Below are positions 1 through 8,702 of a stretch of DNA of 58,506 nt, piece after piece. Positions within the stretch are counted from its first letter, which is position 1. Each line of letters begins with the position of its first letter. The notes beneath the pieces were generated by a model, which ran no database searches, was not told the DNA's origin, and worked only from the letters and a program-made list of their open reading frames with translations. The position numbers and the translations under genes were made by a program. The DNA is taken from the NCBI GenBank assembly GCA_040756235.1, contig JBFLZG010000106.1, positions 1-58,506 on the forward strand, read 5' to 3'. Origin of the DNA: a bacterium (GTDB taxonomy: Bacteria > Desulfobacterota > DSWW01).

Positions 1-1
1 G

Positions 2-33
2 GGCCGCTCAGATTGAATCTGAGCGGCCTTTTT
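2..33 (+). terminator. Rho-independent terminator of a gene upstream of the window
   Basis: 13-bp inverted repeat GGCCGCTCAGATT/AATCTGAGCGGCC followed by TTTTT. Confidence 0.75.
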
Positions 34-76
34 GGTGTGTGCAGCGCCCAGCGATTTGAAAGGCACGTAGCGTGCG

Positions 77-1465
77 TCACGACGCCGCGATCAGGGGCCT
101 GCCTTCGATCGAGGCCGCCGCGGGCGAGCCGAGCAGGGTGAGGACGGTACTTGAGACGTCCAGGATGTTGGCGAGATCGGTTCTCTCGCACGGCCGGTCC
201 GAGAGGAAGAACGCATCGTCCTGGGTATGCATGCCGGTGAAAGGGCCCTGGGTGTCGAAGATCTGCGTGCGGCTGGTGGCGCCTCTCAGGTTGGTGCCGG
301 GCTCGCCTACGAGCACCAGGTCCGGAGCGCTCGTCAGGAAGGGCCCGTTGAAAAGCTCGTCCCTGCGGCAGATCTTGCGGATCGCCTTGCCGGAGCCGTC
401 TCGGGAGCCTTCGACCGCGAGGGCTCCGAGTCCGTCGGCTAGCTCGGCAACGAGCCTGTCGCACTCCTTTCCGGGCGGGACGATCCCTCCGGGAAAGCGC
501 CTCTTGAGGTTCATGTAGATTCTTCCAGGATCCAGACAGAATGCGCGGGTCTTCTGCGGGTCGAGGTCGGCGACGGACTCCCGCTTGTCGCCTGCGAAGG
601 CGAGGTAGCCGTGCTCCTCGAGCCAGCGGTTCACGTATAGGTCCCTGCGGAGGCGCCCGAACCCGTGGTCGGACATGGCCAGAAAGACGGCCTCTCCTTG
701 GAGCGCTTGGTACAGGCGGCCCGCCATCGCATCGACCTTCCTGTAGTAGTCCAAGAAGGCGCCGTGAAAAGGCGAGCCCTGATCCTCGTTAGCGTTCCAG
801 AAGAAATGGTGGAGCCGGTCGGTGCCGGTGACGATGGCGGCGAAGAAGTCCCAGGCTTCCTCGCGCATGAGCCGTTGGAAGGCCTGCTCGCCTTTCTCGA
901 GGGAGACGTCGAGATCTTTGAAAAACTCCTCGGGATTCTCGCGCGCCTTGGCCGCATCCACGTCCAGCCGGTAGCCGATCTGTTTGAGCCAGGGGACGAG
1001 GCTCTTGGGGAAGGTGGCCTTCTCCAGGTCGATGGCCACGAACCCGGCGATGAGCGCGCCGCTCAGCTCCTGGGCCGGGTAGGTGCTGGGCATGTTGACG
1101 ACCACGGAGCGCCTGGCTTCTTTGCCCAGCATCTGCCAGAGGCAGGGGCTGCGGACGTGGGTGGAGTTCGGGAAGTACGTGTTGTAGGTGCCCGGCTTCA
1201 AGTCGATGAATCCGAAGATGCCGTGCCGGCCCGGGTTGACCCCGGTCATGAAGGTGGTCCAGGCGACCGAGGATACGTCCGGGATGGTCGTGGACATCCG
1301 CAGCAGAGAACCCTTGGCCGCGATCTCGGCGAGGTTCTTCAGGACCCCGGTCGCGAAGAGCTCCTGCATGAGGCCGTGCGGAGTGCCGTCCAGGCCGAGG
1401 AGGAAGACGCGCCTCTTGTCGGCACCTGAGCCGCCGCGCTTGCGGATCTTGTCGAGAATGCTCAT
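77..1465 (-). CDS. AlkP-superfamily type I phosphodiesterase / nucleotide pyrophosphatase
   Basis: Motifs LLGLDG, PDVSSVAW, TGVNPGRHGIFGF, TDRLHHFFW, MSDHGFG, GMH; start taken at MSILDK. Confidence 0.85.
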   Translation of the reverse strand: MSILDKIRKRGGSGADKRRVFLLGLDGTPHGLMQELFATGVLKNLAEIAAKGSLLRMSTTIPDVSSVAWTTFMTGVNPGRHGIFGFIDLKPGTYNTYFPNSTHVRSPCLWQMLGKEARRSVVVNMPSTYPAQELSGALIAGFVAIDLEKATFPKSLVPWLKQIGYRLDVDAAKARENPEEFFKDLDVSLEKGEQAFQRLMREEAWDFFAAIVTGTDRLHHFFWNANEDQGSPFHGAFLDYYRKVDAMAGRLYQALQGEAVFLAMSDHGFGRLRRDLYVNRWLEEHGYLAFAGDKRESVADLDPQKTRAFCLDPGRIYMNLKRRFPGGIVPPGKECDRLVAELADGLGALAVEGSRDGSGKAIRKICRRDELFNGPFLTSAPDLVLVGEPGTNLRGATSRTQIFDTQGPFTGMHTQDDAFFLSDRPCERTDLANILDVSSTVLTLLGSPAAASIEGRPLIAAS

Positions 1466-1514
1466 TCGTGCTCCTTGTGCTGGCCGGCGGCAGCCAGCGT
1501 TCGCGCGGCTCCGT

Positions 1515-1718
1515 TCATGAGGGGCCCACAACTTCCTGATAGGAGAACTCGTGCAAGCGGGCATTGGTGCGCGCATGCTCGATGGTCATGCTCACGAGGT
1601 TGCCTTCCTGGTCGAGGTCTGCGTATATGTTTTCGCTAATCTCTCTGGTTTCTGCGACGGCGTTGTCGGTAAATTCCACCAGCGCTGTATCCGTGTCCGG
1701 AAAGTACTTGACTCTCAT
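1515..1718 (-). CDS. DUF2283-like small protein, putative antitoxin
   Basis: 67 aa, MRVKYFPDTDTALVEF...IYADLDQEGNLVSMTIEHA pattern; 5 nt downstream of partner gene. Confidence 0.75.
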   Translation of the reverse strand: MRVKYFPDTDTALVEFTDNAVAETREISENIYADLDQEGNLVSMTIEHARTNARLHEFSYQEVVGPS

Positions 1719-1723
1719 TCCCG

Positions 1724-1957
1724 TTACTCCCTGTACGATCTATCGAAGAAAGCATTGTGCACGGTTTCGCCGTCCTCAAGCAAAATGACCCGAAGAACCT
1801 TGGCTTGTTCCGGAATCAATGCCCACTTGCGTATCCTCCCATCGGATTGAACCTCGGCCTTTTCCGGGTGGTCCAGCACTCGGGCGATCCACTCTTCTCG
1901 GATTATAGCCCGGTCAGGCCTCTTCCGCATGTGTTGGAAGTAAGCGGTGGTTTTCAT
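1724..1957 (-). CDS. DUF4258-like small protein, putative toxin
   Basis: 77 aa, IREEWIARVLDHP...DGRIRKW...LRVILLEDGETVHNAFFDR; paired with DUF2283-like gene. Confidence 0.7.
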   Translation of the reverse strand: MKTTAYFQHMRKRPDRAIIREEWIARVLDHPEKAEVQSDGRIRKWALIPEQAKVLRVILLEDGETVHNAFFDRSYRE

Positions 1958-1966
1958 GGCCAGGAC

Positions 1967-2569
1967 TCAAATGTACCCCAGGTCTTTCAGGCGCTTGGTG
2001 ATCTTCGCCTCGTCCGCGGCATCGTAATCACCGCCTGCGGCTTTGGGGATCCAGTCGAGGATCTCGAGAGTGCGCACGATCTTCTTCGCTGCCTGCTCGG
2101 TGTCCTCCCGGTCGGCCTCCAGCAGGATCTCCGGATTGGTGGGCTCTTCATAGGGCACGTCCGCGCCGACAAAGCCGCTGAGCTCGCCTGCGCGGGCGCG
2201 CGCCCAGTTCCCGCTCGCGTCCCTCTGGGCGCAGACTTCGGCCGGGCACCTTACGTGGACCTCGACGAACCTTCCGATCTGGCTGCGGATCTCGTTGCGG
2301 ATCTCCTGGGACGGGGAGATCGAGGCGGCGATCGTGACGATGCCGTTGCGCGTGAGGAGATTGCAGAAATGCCCGATGAGGCGCGTCAGGCCATCGCGTT
2401 CGCCGGCGCCATGGCCGAGCGAGGGCAGCCAGCTCTGGCGGATCTCGCCTTCGTCCAGCCGCTCGGCCTCCAGCCCTCGCTCGAGAAGCGATTCTTCGAG
2501 CCTTGCGGCGATGGCGGACTTGCCGGAGGCCGGAAGGCCGGTCAGCCATAGGGTGAAGCCTTGTGCCAT
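1967..2569 (-). CDS. cysC: Adenylyl-sulfate (APS) kinase-like protein, divergent
   Basis: WLTGLPASGKS P-loop, SISP, FVEVHV, PYEEPTNPE; C-terminal KRLKDLGYI tail. Confidence 0.8.
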   Translation of the reverse strand: MAQGFTLWLTGLPASGKSAIAARLEESLLERGLEAERLDEGEIRQSWLPSLGHGAGERDGLTRLIGHFCNLLTRNGIVTIAASISPSQEIRNEIRSQIGRFVEVHVRCPAEVCAQRDASGNWARARAGELSGFVGADVPYEEPTNPEILLEADREDTEQAAKKIVRTLEILDWIPKAAGGDYDAADEAKITKRLKDLGYI

Positions 2570-2599
2570 GTTGTCAGTCTCCTTGCGAGTCTATGTTCG

Positions 2600-2838
2600 G
2601 TCATTCCGGCGCAGGCCGGGGTCCAGCCCCTGCGCCTCGCCATGTAGCGGCCACCGCCGGTCGCCCCTACTGGATCCCGGCTCACACGCGCTCCGCACAG
2701 GGGCCGGGATGACAAACTGTGAATGTCACCCCGGCGCAGGCCGGGGTCCAGTCCCTGTTACCCGGCAACCACCGCTGTGCAGGGGTGCACCCTACCGGAT
2801 CCCGGCTCACACGCGCTCCGCACAGGGGCCGGGATGAC
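2600..2838. repeat. Two tandem copies of palindromic repeat family A (2600-2713, 2725-2838)
   Basis: GTCAYYCCGGCGCAGGCCGGGGTCCAG...GGATCCCGGCTCACACGCGCTCCGCACAGGGGCCGGGATGAC present twice. Confidence 0.9.
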
Positions 2839-4246
2839 GAAAAGAGGCCTTGTCCCGGATGCGCCGGCCCAGCATGTCGGACGGCACCGGCACCCCGAGC
2901 GCTTCGAGAACGGTGGGCGCGATGTCGTACAGGGTGACGCCCTCGAGCCTCCTGCCGCGTTCCGCCTGGGGCAGCCGCGGGTCCGCCATGATCAGGACAC
3001 CGTGACGGTCGTGGTTGGCGTCGTCCGGGCCCGTATCGTTCTCGAAAGTATGGATGCAGCCCGTGCCGACGCTGCCGACCGAACGCCAATCCAGGTCTCC
3101 GAAGTAGGCGATCAGGTCCGGCACCACGTTCCTGCATTCCCTGTAGAGGTCCTGAGGCCGGTGGAGGACCGTGCCAATGGGCTTCCCGTTCTGGTCTCCC
3201 AGCGCTTCGAGCCTCTCCTTGACCTCGGTGCGGAAGCGCTCGTAGTCTCCCTGCGGGACCACGCCCTGGGGCTCGCGGCCCTGGACGTTGAAGAAGATCC
3301 GGGAATAATAGCCGCCCTCGCCCCAGACCCGGGTCCGCTTCCAGTCGATGCGGTCCATCTTGAGCTTCTGGAGGCCGGCCGGCGCTTCCTTGAGCGCGAG
3401 AAATCCCTCCCGCATCAGCCATTCGTTTACGCAGATGCCCCCGTCCATGCGCTTGGCGCCGTGGTCGGATACGACGAGAACGAGGGTCTTGTCAAGATCG
3501 ATCTCCTCCAGGACCTCTCCGATCTTGCGGTCCAGATAGATGTAGTAGTCTTCGAGAACGGTCCGGTGGGGATTGCCTTCCTGGTAGAGGCGGTGGCCGG
3601 GGTCGCAGAAGCGCCAGAAACCGTGGTGGAGCCGGTCCGGCCCCATCTCCACGAACATGAAGAAATTCCACGGCTTGCTCCTGAGGAAGTGGCGCACCAC
3701 GCGAAAGCGCTTCTCGGTCATTTCGTAGACTTGCCGCAAGAGCCAATCCTTGTCGTCCGTGCGAAAGTCCCGGACGTCGATCACATAACCGTCCGCGACC
3801 TTCTCGACTTCCTGCTTGAGCTCGGAAGGATACGTGTATTCGCTCTGGTTGTCCGGTGCGAGAAAGCCGGTGACGAGATGGCCTCGCAACGGTTTTGCAG
3901 GGTAGGTTTGCGGGATGCCCACGAGCACCGAATCCATGCGGTTCCTGGAGAGAAGGTTCCAGATCGTGGGCTCCTTCACGGCAAGGGAGTTGGCGAAGTA
4001 GAGGCCGTCGTACGAGTAGTCCTTGCGGTTGCGGAATCCGTAGAACCCGAGCTGGCCGGGGTCCTTGCTCGTCACCATGCAGGTCCACGCGGGCACCGTG
4101 ATAGGGGGGTCGCTGCTGCGGAGATTCCCCCAGTACCCGGCGTCCGCCAGCCGCTTGAGGTTGGGCAGGCGGTCCAGATACAGGTCCAGGGCGAGCTGAG
4201 GGGTCAGGCAGTCCAGGCCGATGACGAGGACCTTCTTCAGGGTCAT
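2807..4246 (-). CDS. AlkP-superfamily phosphodiesterase / nucleotide pyrophosphatase
   Basis: VIGLDC, PPITVPAW, KDPGQLGFYGFRNR, GPDRLHHGFW, VSDHGAK, ENDTGPDDANH. Confidence 0.88.
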   Translation of the reverse strand: MTLKKVLVIGLDCLTPQLALDLYLDRLPNLKRLADAGYWGNLRSSDPPITVPAWTCMVTSKDPGQLGFYGFRNRKDYSYDGLYFANSLAVKEPTIWNLLSRNRMDSVLVGIPQTYPAKPLRGHLVTGFLAPDNQSEYTYPSELKQEVEKVADGYVIDVRDFRTDDKDWLLRQVYEMTEKRFRVVRHFLRSKPWNFFMFVEMGPDRLHHGFWRFCDPGHRLYQEGNPHRTVLEDYYIYLDRKIGEVLEEIDLDKTLVLVVSDHGAKRMDGGICVNEWLMREGFLALKEAPAGLQKLKMDRIDWKRTRVWGEGGYYSRIFFNVQGREPQGVVPQGDYERFRTEVKERLEALGDQNGKPIGTVLHRPQDLYRECRNVVPDLIAYFGDLDWRSVGSVGTGCIHTFENDTGPDDANHDRHGVLIMADPRLPQAERGRRLEGVTLYDIAPTVLEALGVPVPSDMLGRRIRDKASFRHPGPCAERV

Positions 4247-4503
4247 GCTCGCTTCCTTTCAAAAAGAGAAGGCACCATGAGAGTTTTGCCCTCCTTACTT
4301 CGGCTCTTGGAAGCCTCAACTCGAGGGGTGAATTTCTAAAAAAATAGTATATGTAAAGAGCTGGAGAAAACCAAGGATCTGTGCTTGCAACTGCTACCTT
4401 CTTGTGTTACAGATACCCGCAACTTTTTTCAGTGCGCAAGGGCAGTTGGTCCACCGTGTTTGATGCGGTACACGAGGTCACGGCAGATCAAAAGGGGGGT
4501 AGG

Positions 4504-5670
4504 ATGACTCTGGGACATTCCAAGGGTAGATGGCCCGCAAGAGCAGTCACGCTCGGATCCTGGGGGCTGGCGGCCGTGCTGAGCGCAGTCGTTCTTCTTG
4601 GGTGTGCCGCCCAAGAGGCAAGAATGGTCGACAAACAGTACGTGACCTTCCCGGCCTCGTACACGGACGCGGAGAGCCGCAGCCTGGCCAGCGGCACCTT
4701 TCAGCGGCTGCCTGAATTCTACGAGGACTACCGGGTAGGGCCGGAAGACGTCCTGGAGATCAGCATCTTCGAATGGGAGCTGAGGGAGGAGACCAAGAGC
4801 GTCGAGATCCGGGTCTCGGAGAGCGGGCTCATCAGTCTGCCTGTCATCGGAGAGATGAACGTGAAGGATCTCACGGTGGACGAGATCAAGGCCCAGATCG
4901 AGAAACGGCTCCGGGATTGGCAGATCATTCCCAACCCCCGGGTGAGCGTGGTCGTGCAGCAGTTCCGGAGCAAGCGAGTGGCGGTCGTCGGCGCGGTGAG
5001 CGATCCGGGCACGTATACGCTTCGCAGAAATGTGACGACTCTGCTCGACATCCTTTCGCTTGCCGGCGGGCCTGACGATCGGGCCGGTCAGGTGGCTTAC
5101 GTGATCCGAAACATCAGACCGCCGGCGCAGAAGGCCGCAGTGCCAGGAGGCCCGAGCGCCGGGGACTCCGGAGCCGGGGCCGGAGAGACCGTCCCGTCGC
5201 CCCTGTCACAAGGGAGCGCGCCGGCGTCCGGCGATCAGGAGGTGATCACCATCGACCTGTTCGAGCTCATGGAGCAGGGCAATCTGGCCCTGAACGTGCT
5301 GGTCGGCGACGGGGACGTGATCAACGTGCCCGAGGCCAAGCGTTTCCAGGTCCTGGGGTTCGTAAAGGACCCGGGCACCTACTCGCTCAAGAAGCCCACG
5401 ACGGTGCTGGAGGGGATCGCGATGGCCCGGGGCGTTCTCGATGAAGAATCATCGGCCTCCAAGAGCGTCCTCAAACGCAAGACCGCCGATGGCGAGATCC
5501 TGATCCCACTGGACCTGCCGGCCATCTCCAAAGGCCAGCAGCCGAACCTCTACCTCCAGGCCGATGACGTGATCGTCGTGCCCCAGACCGGCCTGCGGAG
5601 GTCGATGCTGTACGTCTACAACTTCATCCGGGGGGTGTGGAACTTCGGCGTCTCCGGTCGCGCGTTCTAG
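4504..5670 (+). CDS. Wza/OPX-family polysaccharide export lipoprotein
   Basis: Lipobox LLGC; Poly_export motif YRVGPEDVLEISIF...GLISLPVIGEM; SLBB repeats (GAVSDPGTY, GFVKDPGTY). Confidence 0.85.
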   Translation: MTLGHSKGRWPARAVTLGSWGLAAVLSAVVLLGCAAQEARMVDKQYVTFPASYTDAESRSLASGTFQRLPEFYEDYRVGPEDVLEISIFEWELREETKSVEIRVSESGLISLPVIGEMNVKDLTVDEIKAQIEKRLRDWQIIPNPRVSVVVQQFRSKRVAVVGAVSDPGTYTLRRNVTTLLDILSLAGGPDDRAGQVAYVIRNIRPPAQKAAVPGGPSAGDSGAGAGETVPSPLSQGSAPASGDQEVITIDLFELMEQGNLALNVLVGDGDVINVPEAKRFQVLGFVKDPGTYSLKKPTTVLEGIAMARGVLDEESSASKSVLKRKTADGEILIPLDLPAISKGQQPNLYLQADDVIVVPQTGLRRSMLYVYNFIRGVWNFGVSGRAF

Positions 5671-5749
5671 GCGTTCCTTCAGGCATGTGGTATTCTCTAG
5701 CGTCTGGATCGGCAGCGCCCCGTAAACCGTCTAGCGAGGGAACGTAAAG

Positions 5750-5968
5750 ATGGCCGTCGACGTGAAGAGCCTGAAGGCAGGAGACCGTATCACCATTCCC
5801 TTCGGGAAGGGTGAAAAGGAAGGGGTCGTGGAGCGCGTGTGCGAGAAGACCGTCTACCTCAGGGTGGACTTCCCCCACCACACGGCGAAGCGGGTGTGCA
5901 GGCGGTTCAGCGCGCTGGAGGGCGGAGGCGGAAAGACGAAGGGCGGCAAGAAGAAAAAGAAGACCTGA
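5750..5968 (+). CDS. Small basic hypothetical protein (SH3/KOW-like beta pattern, Lys-rich tail)
   Basis: 72 aa ORF with host-like codon usage and purine-rich upstream sequence; LKAGDRITI...GVVERV. Confidence 0.65.
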   Translation: MAVDVKSLKAGDRITIPFGKGEKEGVVERVCEKTVYLRVDFPHHTAKRVCRRFSALEGGGGKTKGGKKKKKT

Positions 5969-5997
5969 GACGGCGCGGGTGGAGACGCCTAATGGGA

Positions 5998-6069
5998 GAT
6001 TGCGAGCGCAGCGAAGCAACCTCCCGGGCTCTGGGGGGTTGCTTCGGTCGCCTGTGGCTACCTCGCAAT
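5998..6069. repeat. Palindromic repeat family C
   Basis: ATTGCGAGCGCAGCGAAGCAACC...GGTTGCTTCG...CTCGCAAT; related segments at about 46700-46790, 54421 and 58182-58266. Confidence 0.65.
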
Positions 6070-6344
6070 TTCCGCAACACTTCGTGTCCTCGCTCCGCCC
6101 GCTCAATGCGGCCTTGGCCGGGAGGGACGCACGATGATCCCGGCTCACACGCGCTCCGCATATGCGCTGGAATGATGAAACGTGGGACGGGCGCAGCATG
6201 CGTCGCCCCTGCAATGAGGGAATACACCGCGGCCCTCTCTCCATTGTTCCGCGCACGCCCGATCGAGCCCCCTGCGGCTCGTCATCGTGTCAATTTCCCG
6301 AACGCCGCAGATGGCCGCTTAGCCCCGGTGGGAAATCGCCGATC

Positions 6345-6506
6345 GAGAGGCTGGCGCTAGACGGCCAGATGCAAGGCGCACGAAATCCCGAGGAATGAGG
6401 CGTAATCGGAACTCAAAGTGGACCCCGGCTTTCGCCGGGGCAGGCTCCCCCGCCTCCATTCCCCATGAGTGCAACGCCGCAGATGGCCGTCTAGCGCCAG
6501 CCTCTC
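6345..6506. repeat. Palindromic repeat family B copy
   Basis: Perfect 23-bp terminal inverted repeat GAGAGGCTGGCGCTAGACGGCCA; core GATGCAAGGCG...GCAACGCCGCAGATGG. Confidence 0.85.
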
Positions 6507-7533
6507 AGGAGGCGGGTGGGACGAAGACGAAAGGCCAGGTCACCTTGGTGTTGCCGTTCTCCGCCGAGATGGTGGGAAAGCGCCACTTCAAGATGTTGGC
6601 CAGGACCGCCTGCTCGAGGGAGGCGGATCCCAGGCTGGAAGAGAGCATGCTCGTGAACGTGACCTGGCCGGAAGGCGAGATGTCGAAGCTCACGGTCATC
6701 TTGCCCTGCAGGTCCGGGTCCTTGCGCAGCTCTTTGTTGTAGAGGTAACGCAGCCCTCCGAGATAAGAGGCCACGATCTTGCGGATCTCGTAGGGCGAGC
6801 GGCCTCCGCCGCGGATTTGCCCTTCGGTGTCCGGGGCCTTGTCCTTGAGGATCCTTTCCGGCAGGTCTTCCGTACCGCCGTAGAATTCCACCTGCGTTTC
6901 CTTGACTTCGCCGATCTTCGAGGCGTTCAGGATGTAGCCGATGTCGGTCCCTTTCTTGGCCACATCGGGCAGGTTGCCCACGCCGAGGAAGTCATCGTCG
7001 CCCTTGCCGGTGTTCTTGTTCTGGCTCAGGTTCTTGAGGGCCTTGTCGAGGTCCTCCGAAACGTCCCTTTTCTTGGACGGGGTGTAGGCCCGCAGCTGGG
7101 TGTCGCCGCTCTCCTTGGAGACCAGCCCGAGAAGACCCTTGCGCGCCACCAGCTTCTTGACGTCCACCGGCTGTTCCTGGGGAACGGCCTTGGGGGAGCC
7201 GACGGCGCTCAGCGGCGGAGGGGAAGTGAGCTTCTTCTTTTCTTCCTTCGTGAGCTGTCGCGGCGGCTCCGGCTTCTTGGCGATCTTCTCGGGAGGTTTG
7301 GCCGGCTCGGGCTCCCGGAGAATGATCTCGGTGACCTTCCTGGCCTCCGGCACGGGAACAAAGACGGTCCGATGGACGTGCACCTGCTGGATGATCAGCG
7401 AGAAGGCGATGCCGATGAGCAGCACGGTGAGGAAGATCGCGCCGAACACGCGGTCCTCGTAGGCGAACTCCATGGTGTGGAACTGGAGCCGGAAATCATC
7501 CGGGCGGGAGCGCCGCAGGTCGGGGCTCAACAT
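6505..7533 (-). CDS. TonB-like protein with AgmX/PglI (GltG-like) C-terminal domain
   Basis: Single TM helix, Pro/Lys-rich linker, GLLGL, LRYLYNKELRKDPDLQGKMTVSFDISPSG...WRFP...VTWPFVF. Confidence 0.85.
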   Translation of the reverse strand: MLSPDLRRSRPDDFRLQFHTMEFAYEDRVFGAIFLTVLLIGIAFSLIIQQVHVHRTVFVPVPEARKVTEIILREPEPAKPPEKIAKKPEPPRQLTKEEKKKLTSPPPLSAVGSPKAVPQEQPVDVKKLVARKGLLGLVSKESGDTQLRAYTPSKKRDVSEDLDKALKNLSQNKNTGKGDDDFLGVGNLPDVAKKGTDIGYILNASKIGEVKETQVEFYGGTEDLPERILKDKAPDTEGQIRGGGRSPYEIRKIVASYLGGLRYLYNKELRKDPDLQGKMTVSFDISPSGQVTFTSMLSSSLGSASLEQAVLANILKWRFPTISAENGNTKVTWPFVFVPPAS

Positions 7534-7566
7534 GATTCGCAGGCTCCTCTGCGCATCTTCACAGGA

Positions 7567-8076
7567 TCACGAGCCTTTCTGGAGGACCGCAAGAGAGATG
7601 TGCGGGAAGTCCGCCCGGTCCGCCGTGTAAAGGACTTTCTTGAGAAGCTTGAAGGGGATGCCCCGGTCCGCCTGAACGGTCACTTTGCCGGAAAAGTGGA
7701 AGAGCGGCACCTGCTCTTCCATCTTCTTGTAGCTCAGCATCTTGAGCTTGAGGTTCTCGTACAGCGGGGGCATCAGGAGCTTGGGTTCGTTGTGCCACGC
7801 CGCGAGGTCTTCCATCACGACCTGTCCGTCCACGTAGATCTTGTCTTTGGATACAGCTACTTCGACCGTGGGTTCGAGCTCCTGTCGGCTCAGGGATTCC
7901 GGCATGAGAATGTCGGGAATGAGATGAACCAGCTGGCCCGCGGTCGAATAGTTGATGAGCAGGAAGATGAGCAGGATGGTGAACATGTCCACCATGGGGG
8001 TGAGCAGAAGCGGGGAGCCGCTGGCTCCGTTCACCCGCTGGCGGGTGATGCGATTGCCGGTGATTTTTTCGGCCAT
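7567..8076 (-). CDS. ExbD/TolR-family protein (AglS/AglQ-like), TM Asp present
   Basis: LTPMVDMFTILLIFLL; QADRGIPFKLLKKVLYT. Confidence 0.88.
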   Translation of the reverse strand: MAEKITGNRITRQRVNGASGSPLLLTPMVDMFTILLIFLLINYSTAGQLVHLIPDILMPESLSRQELEPTVEVAVSKDKIYVDGQVVMEDLAAWHNEPKLLMPPLYENLKLKMLSYKKMEEQVPLFHFSGKVTVQADRGIPFKLLKKVLYTADRADFPHISLAVLQKGS

Positions 8077-8078
8077 GG

Positions 8079-8702
8079 CTATGGAATCCCCAGGGTCTCG
8101 TTCAGTTCCTTGGTCCCTTCCCGCAGCCCTTCGAAGACGCCATCTTCCCTGAACGGCTCCGACAGAGAAATCGTGGGGAACAGAGGACGGCTGGACTTCT
8201 GGCCGTTCTCTTCATAGATCTCTTCCCGGGCAGTGTCCATGGCCTGGACGATGACGTCGTACGTTACCCCGTCCGCCACGAGGAACACAATCTCTTCCTG
8301 CCGCGGGTAATCGTGCTTGAGGTTCTTCAGGACCTTCTGGAGCTCGCCGAGCGGGTACTGGTCCGCCTCAACGGGGAAGGAATAGCGGGTGTCTTCGTAG
8401 GTCTCCTTCTCCTTTCCGTCCGGGTCGTGGCTGAGCGTCGCTTCGAGCTCCAGACCGTCTTCCCGCAGGAGGAGCCGGATCTCGACCATGCCGGTCGGCA
8501 GCTTCTTCTCTTTGTCGGGTTGGGCGGCGAGCGTGGAGGCTTCCGGCAGGTACGTCTTCACGGCTGCCATCCTCTCGAACACGGCCGTCACCAGGAGGAG
8601 CGGCACGAGGATGATGAACAGGGACATGACCGGCGTGAGGTCGACGTTCGCGGAGCGGACCTCGCGCAGGGTCACTCGTTTCGCGGCCGGTCTCGGTTTC
8701 AC
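8079..8702 (-). CDS. ExbD/TolR-family protein, TM Asp absent
   Basis: GTG start overlapping exbB stop (GTGA); VDLTPVMSLFIILVPLLL; ADGVTYDVIVQAMDTAR. Confidence 0.82.
   Translation of the reverse strand: MKPRPAAKRVTLREVRSANVDLTPVMSLFIILVPLLLVTAVFERMAAVKTYLPEASTLAAQPDKEKKLPTGMVEIRLLLREDGLELEATLSHDPDGKEKETYEDTRYSFPVEADQYPLGELQKVLKNLKHDYPRQEEIVFLVADGVTYDVIVQAMDTAREEIYEENGQKSSRPLFPTISLSEPFREDGVFEGLREGTKELNETLGIP

Noticed and set aside
2600..2838. Tandem repeat-spacer pattern as a CRISPR array
   Set aside because: Only two units, arms are inverted, spacers are related between copies, copies are dispersed and no cas genes are present
4425..4460. JUMPstart/ops element before the Wza gene
   Set aside because: No GGCGGTAG core present
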